Assembly: GCA_964509365.1 (NCBI GenBank)
Contig: CAZDWN010000002.1
Coordinates: forward strand, 67,701 to 131,700
Source: an uncultured Pseudomonadales bacterium
Lineage (GTDB): Bacteria; Patescibacteriota; Microgenomatia; UBA1400; UBA12028
Direction: 5' to 3'
Length of the DNA: 64,000 nucleotides
The notes below the pieces were generated by a model. That model was not told the origin of the DNA and ran no database searches. It saw nothing but the letters and a program-made list of their open reading frames with translations. How positions within the stretch are numbered: the first letter of the stretch is position 1; the number at the start of each line of letters is the position of its first letter. The translations under genes were made by a program, and so were the position numbers. Positions 27,909 to 37,000 of the stretch are shown piece by piece.

Positions 27909-28239
27909 ATCTCCGTCTGTCTTCTTACTCCACATTCGTGATGCAATCACTCAAATTGAAGTCTATGTTGACGGATATACGTATGCACAGTTCGTGGTAG
28001 ATAAGAAGACTCAAGACGCGGTGATACGTCAACTTGAAGTGATAGGTGAAGCTACTACAAACCTCGAAGATGTATTTAAGCGTGAAAATGCAACTATCCC
28101 CTGGCGAGAAATATCGGATTTTCGAAATGTACTCTCACACGAATATTGGGATGTAGATCTTGATATTGTATGGAACGCTGCCCACGAAGATGTCCGAACA
28201 CTCAAAGATGCCCTGCTCCCTCTAATTGAAACTAACTAG
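27901..28239 (+). CDS. hepT: HepT-like HEPN-domain (DUF86) toxin
   Basis: R-x4-HxY HEPN motif (FRNVLSHEYWDVD). 112 aa. 8-nt overlap with mntA (ATGGATAA). Confidence 0.8.
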   Translation: MDKSPSVFLLHIRDAITQIEVYVDGYTYAQFVVDKKTQDAVIRQLEVIGEATTNLEDVFKRENATIPWREISDFRNVLSHEYWDVDLDIVWNAAHEDVRTLKDALLPLIETN

Positions 28240-28251
28240 TTTCCTTTGGAT

Positions 28252-28282
28252 CATCACCATGATTGCAAGTGGCTCATTTTAA
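28252..28282. repeat. 31-bp perfect direct repeat, copy 2
   Basis: Identical to 27551-27581. Lies 13 nt after the hepT stop. Contains the last 29 nt (…KMSHLQSW*) of the minus-strand 941-aa gene. Confidence 0.9.
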
Positions 28283-30995
28283 AAGACCACAGATGCTTCC
28301 AGTACGTCCATACTCCGATACACAGGAGAGTGAGGACGAAGAAACTTCCAAATAGCGCGAATTTATTTGCGAGGAGCAGATACAGCTCGCAGAGCAGCGC
28401 CAGCACGATAAAAAATTCTAGTCCAAAGTCGATCAACAGATATGCCGCTTCATCTAGCAGTTCGTGCGCTTTGAGCCCCATGGGATGAGTGTTGGGCCGG
28501 ATGGTCAATGCATGAGAAACATCATAACCCGATGGTACACATTCGGAGAGCGCATCAAACCCTTTCTTGTCGACCGAAAAACAGAGCGACTGCGTGCTCG
28601 TCGGCACTAGTAGTGCAAATTCGCCAAGCATATTTGTCGTCGCAAATCGATGGACTGCATTCTTCTCAGATTCTTTGAGCGTCACTCGTGCACCAGCGAT
28701 GGCTTCCCCGGTGACACTATTATGGATGGTCCCATGGAAAATCTGATGAGTATGGACTGACTTCATGTACGAGAGGTGCTCCAGGAAGGCTGGAATCAGC
28801 TCGATGACGGGGATACCAAGTCGCAGTGAGACAGAGGTAACCAAGCAAAAGAGAATAAAAAGCAGCATGCACAAAAAGAACAGATCCCAAAATCGTGGTG
28901 AGTCAGTAAGAGTCTGCAAAAATGTCTCGCCGGCTTCGACGATGTTTTGTCCAATATTGGTGTAGTACGAAGTAAACAAAGCGAGTGAAAATGGAAGTCT
29001 CTTGAGCGTCAGCGTCGGATAGGGTATGACAGTATCAAAGGAAATTGTAACTCTAATTGTCTGAGTCGCATAGCCGATCGATCGCAGTTCGATCTCATAC
29101 TGTCCAGCTGAGAGATTAAATGGCAATCGACCTCGATGATCAGAGAGCAAGAGACCTTTCACTGAGCTGCCTCCTGGTCGGATCGGGAGATAGATTCTCG
29201 CTGACTTGTCATAGCGCTTCACAGAAGCATGCACATTTTCGATGGGGTTCCCTTTCTCATCTTGGATGATGAGCGGTTGAATAAGCCGGATCGTTGCAAT
29301 GGGTTTTTCTTCCACGGATCCAGTTTTTGACTCGACGCGAAGCATCAATAGATAGGTGTCAGTTTGTTCAGGTGTCCTCATCTTGCCGACGAACTTATCT
29401 GGAGCGATTTGCATCAATGTGGCGATCGCCAGATCTGGCTCGCTGGTGGCATCGTCGGTGAGTCCGAGTATTTTTGCAGGTCGGAGCGAAGTGACTGCTG
29501 ACTTCACGCGGTCCCCGTGTGAGATGGAAAGTTGCAGATCGATCAGCTGATTGGCGACGATGCTCAGTCGTTGGCCATTTTGATCCGATTGCTCTCCATA
29601 AATTGGACTTCCATCTTGCAGCAAGACAAATGACTCAGTGATCGCTTTTGGCATCAAGGCATCGGTTTTGGCAGTCTTAAACGTAAAGATATCCGACGAG
29701 GTGATTTTCCTGCCATCTTGATACACGTCAAACACGACATAGTAGTGAGTGTCATCTTTTAGGCCCGGGATATTTATTTCGTGCACCGTTAGAGGTGCGG
29801 TTGTTGAAAAACTTCCAGTGAGAGCCTTGGGAGCGAGGCCATATCTGACGGTCAGATTGGCAGGGGCACTCAAACGGACTGAAAAAATCGCTGAGGTATC
29901 AAATAATGATCCCAGCGCAATACTGGTAAACGGATGTGAACCCAACGGCGCTGATACTGTTGGACTGCCAGTGCTTGTGACTGCAATCGGCGTGGGAGTC
30001 GGTGTGTTCGTGCTCGTATTCACGTAGAGATACGTGATTGTTTGCGTCGCGACTTCACTTTGTGCTGGTGCGATGATCTGGGCGTGGATGGGGATCACCA
30101 CTTTTTTTTCTCCAGTGTACTGCTCATTTGTTTTGAGAGTGAAGTGAACCGATTGATTTGGCAAATTCGCCGGATAGCTGGCAATACTCCAAGTGATCGT
30201 TCGATTCACCGTATCGATGACTGGAGGAGTGTTCCCATAGGCGTTTGTAGCGCTACCGATGACATACTCCAAGATGTCTTGGCTCGCGGTGGTTTGCCCT
30301 TCTGGCGTCCCGAGGTCCCACGATGCTTGGAGAGTCATTGGTCCAGTCACCATTGCGTCAGTCCCATAGGTGAACGTATAGCCAAGCTCGGTATCTTGGC
30401 GATTGAGCTCATTATGCTGATCAGGAGTGAGTGTGGCCGTGAGATTTGAGGTCGCCGGTGGGACGATCGCATTGATGACGATTTGATCGTTTGCGGTGGT
30501 CTCGGTCCAGACGTTTTGTGTATCGATGACGGTACTGCCTGCATCTTGAGTGCTGACGACCGTCAAGTATTCCGCCGCCGACCGATTGAGAGGAAACCCC
30601 CCAGAAATAAAAAATGCATAGGTGGTCCCAGGGCTTAGATCGCCGATGGCAAATGTCAGTGTGTGCCCCGTGATACTACTCGCTGTGAACCCAGTCAATG
30701 GAAGTGGAGTCAAGCCTGAGGGGATGCCGACGGTCGTCGTGGTGTAGTCTGATGCAGTGGTCGAAAAATGAGTTCCAGCAGTCCAGCGGCTATCGAGCTG
30801 AAGGACAAGTTTGGATTCCGTCCCGATGCTCGCTGGATTGACCTCTACTAGTATGTCACCAGGAGCGATTCCCGCTTTGGTTCGATCGGGTCGGATCAAG
30901 ACTTCGGTAAAGTTTCCTGCGTGGACAGTTTGGATGAAAAAAGACCCACTGAAGATGAGTAAAAAGCAAGCCAGAATCCGCGTCAAAAATCGCAT
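28254..30995 (-). CDS. large secreted/membrane surface protein: family-A N-terminal domain, CarboxypepD_reg-like beta-sandwich repeats, C-terminal multi-TM region
   Basis: Start at MRFLTRILACFLLIFSGSFF. N-terminal 190 aa (RPDRTKAGIAPGDILVEV...TANDQIVINAIVPP) is homologous to the N-terminus of 20505 and 21659. YEIELRSIGYATQTIRVTIS resembles the CarboxypepD_reg fold. 3-4 C-terminal TM helices. Confidence 0.5.
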   Translation of the reverse strand: MRFLTRILACFLLIFSGSFFIQTVHAGNFTEVLIRPDRTKAGIAPGDILVEVNPASIGTESKLVLQLDSRWTAGTHFSTTASDYTTTTVGIPSGLTPLPLTGFTASSITGHTLTFAIGDLSPGTTYAFFISGGFPLNRSAAEYLTVVSTQDAGSTVIDTQNVWTETTANDQIVINAIVPPATSNLTATLTPDQHNELNRQDTELGYTFTYGTDAMVTGPMTLQASWDLGTPEGQTTASQDILEYVIGSATNAYGNTPPVIDTVNRTITWSIASYPANLPNQSVHFTLKTNEQYTGEKKVVIPIHAQIIAPAQSEVATQTITYLYVNTSTNTPTPTPIAVTSTGSPTVSAPLGSHPFTSIALGSLFDTSAIFSVRLSAPANLTVRYGLAPKALTGSFSTTAPLTVHEINIPGLKDDTHYYVVFDVYQDGRKITSSDIFTFKTAKTDALMPKAITESFVLLQDGSPIYGEQSDQNGQRLSIVANQLIDLQLSISHGDRVKSAVTSLRPAKILGLTDDATSEPDLAIATLMQIAPDKFVGKMRTPEQTDTYLLMLRVESKTGSVEEKPIATIRLIQPLIIQDEKGNPIENVHASVKRYDKSARIYLPIRPGGSSVKGLLLSDHRGRLPFNLSAGQYEIELRSIGYATQTIRVTISFDTVIPYPTLTLKRLPFSLALFTSYYTNIGQNIVEAGETFLQTLTDSPRFWDLFFLCMLLFILFCLVTSVSLRLGIPVIELIPAFLEHLSYMKSVHTHQIFHGTIHNSVTGEAIAGARVTLKESEKNAVHRFATTNMLGEFALLVPTSTQSLCFSVDKKGFDALSECVPSGYDVSHALTIRPNTHPMGLKAHELLDEAAYLLIDFGLEFFIVLALLCELYLLLANKFALFGSFFVLTLLCIGVWTYWKHLWSFKMSHLQSW

Positions 30996-31057
30996 AGATT
31001 CATCATAGATGAATTTGCACAAAAGCAAAACAAGAAGACTGGTATTTTCGTCTTTAT

Positions 31058-34000
31058 TTGGCGTATTCACACGCCTCAAATGTTGCTACAGTTGAGATTG
31101 TGTCAAACACTTTTCGCAGACACATTGCTACCCTTCTATTACTGACAGGGGTCTTTTTCTTATGGAGACCTACTGCGGTTTTTGCTGCCACCGGAACCTT
31201 CAAACAGATCAATTTCCAGGGGAAAGTGGTCAATAAGACCACAGGAACGAATGTCGCCGACGGATCGTACACATTTGTGTTTAGTTTGTATACTGTCTCA
31301 TCGGCAGGCTCAAATATTTGGACCGAGTCAAAGAGTGTGACAGTCACCAATGGTATTTTTCAGACGTTTTTGGGCGATACAACGTCTCTTCCAGGATCGG
31401 TTGATTTCAATACTGACAATTTGTACCTGGGGATCAACTTCAATGGCGATGGTGAGATGAGTCCTCGGGTCCGATTTACCGCTGTTCCGCAAGCGATGAA
31501 TGCGCTCAAAGTCGCAGGTCTCACGGTCACAGATACGACTGGTACGTTGACGATCCCAAATGGCACGACGATCGCCTTCTCTGGGACAAACAATTTGACC
31601 TTTACGACCACGGGATCGACTGGCTTGACGTTGCCGACGACTGGTACCTTGGCGACCCTGGCCGGTTCAGAAGTCCTGACCAACAAGACCATTGGCTCGA
31701 CTGGTTTGGTCTTCTCTGGCGCCTCGACTGATATCGATACTGCAGCAGCCGAAGGGTTGGTGTTGCAGGGTCGCGCGGCATCTTCCTTCAACACGACGAG
31801 TGGTGCGATCTCGTTTCAAGCTGCTGGCTCGGGCACAATCTCGACTGTACAGATCGGTGCAGGTGGCGCTGGATCGACGACTCCCGATTACTTGGCATTA
31901 GATGTGAAAAGTGATACTGGAGATCCTGCAGGTGGAGCCGAAGGCTACATTTACTACAACACGTTTGATAACAAATTCCGCTGCTACCAAAACTCTGGCT
32001 GGACTGATTGTGTCGGCAGTGGAGTCACAGGGACTGGGACAGCTGGTACATTACCGATTTACACTGGTGCTGGTGCGACTATTGGCGATTCTTGGCTATC
32101 GCAAGCCAGTACCACTTTGACCCTGAGTACCGCGACGATTATCAGTGATGCGAGTCTCGCAACACTGACGTCCTCGACGGCATTGAGTCTCAATCCAAAT
32201 ACAGGGACGAGTTACACGTTGGATTCTACCGCCACAACTTTGAGTTTGTTCGGGACGGCAACAGCCCTGACATTTGGAAACTCCGCTTCGACGTTGGCAG
32301 TTGGTGCGTCTGGTGGCTTGACGGTCACTCCAGGTGGAGATATGACGTTTTCTGAAGCCCACAACAAAGGCTTCACGATCTCTGGGACGACCGCGACAAA
32401 TCGGACGACAGACCTCATGACCATCACACAAGCATCTGGTGCAGGCACTGGCACTGGAAATTTATTGCAATTGATAAATAATGACACCGATTCGACTGCA
32501 GCCCTCTTGGATATCAATCAAGGGACGGCTGGTGGTACAGGTATCAACTTCCCATTGGGTATCAGTACCGGTAATGCGATTAACATTTTTAGTACCATTA
32601 CGACTGGAAATGCGATCGCCATTCCTGCGATCGCGACCGTCACATCAGGCTCGGCCATCAACCTCAGTGGAGGTGTTACCGGAGCAGTAGCTGCCATGAC
32701 TGGAAGTTACATCAGTGTCTCACCGACTCGATCGAAGACATCTGGTGCGACGCTGATATCTGATACTGGTCATTTCCTCAGTCTCGTGCGTAGCAACTCA
32801 AATACTATTGCCGGTGGGACACTCGATATGCAAGGTGACGTGGCCGTGATCTCGTCCACATGTTCGCAAAGTGCGGGCACCTGCAGTGACTCATCACATA
32901 TTTTGTCACTGGCACAAAGTTACACTGCTGCTACAGGAAATGTCTTTGACGTGACCAATGCCGGCACGGGCAAAGGATTATTCCTCACTTCTTCTTCGAC
33001 GGGAAATTTGATGGAGCTTGATAGCTCAGGAGCAGTGACTACTCCAAAGGGCATCGTGATTGCCGCGACGAATGGCGCTGGTGTGATTACTGACGCACTG
33101 GATGTCTCTGATGCTGAGATCGTGAACGGTATCAATCTGGGAGCTAACAATATTTATTCTGTCGGCAATGTGAATTTTGCCGGAACTGCTACTGGTACAT
33201 CAGCAACAGGAATTGTACTTCCAGTAAAAACAGACTCTGGAGATCCGACCGTCACGCAAGCAAATGGAGAAATGTACTACAACAGTAATAGTGGCAAATT
33301 CCGCTGCTATCAAGCTTCCGCTTGGGTAGATTGTATAAACACGAGTAGTGGCATCACTGGGACGGGGACCGCTGGCACGCTGCCAATCTATACTGGTGCT
33401 GGTGCCACGATTGGAGATTCTTGGCTCTCGCAAGCAAGTACCACGTTGACACTCAGTACTGCTACTGCGATTAGCGACTCCGTCCTAGCGACATTGACTT
33501 CATCAACTGCATTAAGTCTCAATCCAAATACAGGAACCAGTTACACGCTCGATTCCACTGCGACGACACTCAATCTTTTCGGGACGGCAACAGCCCTGAC
33601 ATTTGGCAATTCCGCTTCGACGTTGGCAGTTGGCGCTTCTGGTGGATTGACTGTGACTCCAGGAGGTAATTTGACGATTGCTGAAGCTGCGACCAAAGGG
33701 ACCACGTTTACATCTGACTTGACCAGCGCAGGTCGCACGACAGATGTGGTGACGATTTCTCAGGCCAATGATGCGACTAATAATAGTACTGGAAATTTAC
33801 TTCAACTCACAAACTCAGATACCAGCTCAACCACTGCATTGCTTGATTTGAATCAAACTGCCCCTGCCGGCGGAATGATTAATATACCCGCAGGTATGTC
33901 CACTGGGACAGCGATCAATTTTGGAATGGGCATAACTACTGGGAAAATAATGCAGGTAATTGCTGCTTCCGTGACTTCGGGCAATGTGCTGGGATCATCT

Positions 34001-37000
34001 GGTGGCGACAATATTTCTGGAACATTAACAGCATTTTCCGGAAAGTACATTAGTTTGTCTCCGGTAAGAACTCACGTTGGAAACACGACCATTACTGAGT
34101 CTGGAAATTTTTTGAGTTTGGCAAGAAACGATGTGCAGGTGACAGGAACAGGCACTATCGCAATTACAGGAGACATGGCACTTCTGACATCTACATGCAG
34201 TCAGAGTGGTGGTTCATGTACTGACTCCTCACATATTTTGAACTTGCAGCAAAACTATGCTGCGGCGAATGGAAACGTATTCGAGCTCACCAATGCTGGG
34301 ACTGGCAAAGGAGTCTCACTCACTTCTTCATCGACCGGTACATTGATGGAATTGGATTCCTCTGGAGCGGTGACGACGGCAAAAGGATTGGTTATCGCCG
34401 CGACCAATGGCGCTGGAGTAATCACGGATGCGCTCGATGTCAGTGATGCAGAGATCGTCAATGGTATCAATGTGGGAGCGAACAATATCTATTCTGTCGG
34501 AAATGTGAATTTTGCTGGGACAGCGACTGGTACATCAGCAACAGGAATTGTACTTCCAGTAAAAACAGATTCTGGCGATCCGACCGTCACGCAAGCAAAT
34601 GGAGAAATGTACTACAACAGCAATAGTGGCAAATTTAGATGCTACCAAGCATCTGCATGGACTGATTGTATCGGGAGTGGAAGTGGTATTACTGGGACTG
34701 GGACCGCTGGGACATTACCGATTTATACGGGTGCTGGTGCGACGATTGGTGATTCTTGGTTGTCCCAGGCCTCGACGACGTTGACTCTCAGTACTGCGAC
34801 CATCATCAGTGATGCTTCACTCGCCACGTTGACGACTTCGACAGCATTTAATCTCAATCCAAATACTGGTACCAGTTATACGCTTGATTCCACAGCCACG
34901 ACTCTCAATCTCTTCGGTACAGCGACTGCGCTGACGTTCGGAAATTCAGCGACGACACTTGCATTCGGTGCCTCTGGAGGCACGACCATAACGCCTGGCG
35001 GAACCTTGACTATCGCAGAAGCGGCAACAAAGGGCACTATTCTGACTTCTACACTTACTAGTGGAGCCAGAAGTACATCTGTCTTCAGTATTACGCAAGC
35101 CAATGATGGGACCAATGACTTCGACTCTAGCACCACTGGATTGGTAAACCTAGTCAACGATGACCTTGGTTCTGCCTCTGCAATCGTATGGATCGATCAA
35201 AATGGGACTTCAAGCAGTGGTGATGAATCTGGTATCCACATCTCTGCTCCAAATACTGGCTCAGCTACCGGTATGGAGATCAATGTCGGAGATAATGCAT
35301 CAAACAACTATTCCGGAGGTGGTGGTCTGATTATTGATGACGCGTATGAAATGACGTCAGGCTCAGGGATAAGAATTGGAACTAGTACAGGCATTGGCTC
35401 TGGTACGACTCAGACTTTCTCGGGTAATTACATGGATATCTCTACTGAACTCGGTGCAGGTACGTTCTCACAGAGCTCTGGCACCAGAACTGAAAGCGGT
35501 CACTATCTCAACGTAGGGAGAGCGTACACCACGAGTGGCACAGGTACAGTCACAATTACGGGTGATTTAGCTTCCTTGGCTGCCACCTATACCGAGACCG
35601 CCGGTACCATTACTGATACATCAAATATCCTTTCATTGGCTCAGAACTGTGATGCGACGTCTACGGATTGTACAGGTGCAGTAATTGATTTGACCAACTT
35701 CGGTACTGGTGCAGCGCTTGATCTGGCGCAAACGAATACATCAGGGACACAAACAAATGGAATCTTTTTCAATCGAAACGGTACGAGTGGCACGACGACA
35801 AATGGAATTAACATCACCAATACCGCCGGCACACTTACGTATGGATTGACTTTTACGGGTACGACCGCGATTGGTACAGACATCAAACTACAAGGTGGGG
35901 AAACCATTAGCAACTCTGTTGCTGATACCATAGTGCTCGCCTCTGATGCCACGAATGGTGCTGGCGTAGCGAGACTTCCAGTGAAGACGGATACTGGAGA
36001 CCCAACGCTTAACGTCGAGGGGAACATTTACTACAATACCTTCGACAATAAATTCCGATGCTATCAAAACGCTGCCTGGACCGACTGTATCGGCTCTGGT
36101 GGAGCGACTGCTTTTGATACGATCAGTGATCCGACTGGGACCGGTGCGATCGCGATGGGCAACAACGCTCAGACACTTGATTTCATCTCTCCCTCGACTG
36201 CGACCGCGATGGATGGTTTGACCGTCACGTATACGAATGGCTCCGCGACTGACGTGACCACTCAACGCGGTTTTGTCGTAGCGAATCTCAATGATGCAGC
36301 GTCTACGGGTACTCTGGAATCTTTGGCTGTGATCGAAAACCGCGATATCAATGAGACATTAGGCAATGCACTATTGATCGATCAAGCTGGCGCGGGTACG
36401 ACGACCAATGCCCTTAAGATCAGTAATTCTGGAGGAAATATCACGACGGGTATCGCCATCGTCGACGGTGCTGGCGGCACTCTGACGACGGGCATCTCAG
36501 TCACGGGTGCGATGACCACCGGATTGACGATAGGCAGTGGGTCGGACGCGATCACCAGCGGCATCGTCCTTGGATCGACGGGTATTTCGACAGATATCAC
36601 CTTACAAAATGGAGAGAAGATCGACAATGATACCGACGGATATATCCAGTTTTCCGTCGGATCAAACTCCGGTCTTGTGATCAATGATGGCGGTCAGTCA
36701 TTTGGATTGGCGACCGCTGCAAGTGATGGCGGCGTATTTGGAGGTGCCGCGTATTATGGATTCAAAGACGCAGCCAACTCAGTCCAGTACTTTCTCTTGA
36801 CGCAAGCCGCGACCGCGAATACGGGGACGACGAGTCAAGCTGCACTCACATTTGCGACTCCAGTGAATACGACGGGTACAAACGTAAACGAAGGACTTGC
36901 GATCGCGACGACGATCGGCAATGCGAGTGCCGGGGCGAACACCGCCAACATCATCTCGATCGCGGCGCTTACTGGCGATGACCAAGTGACACTTAACGGA

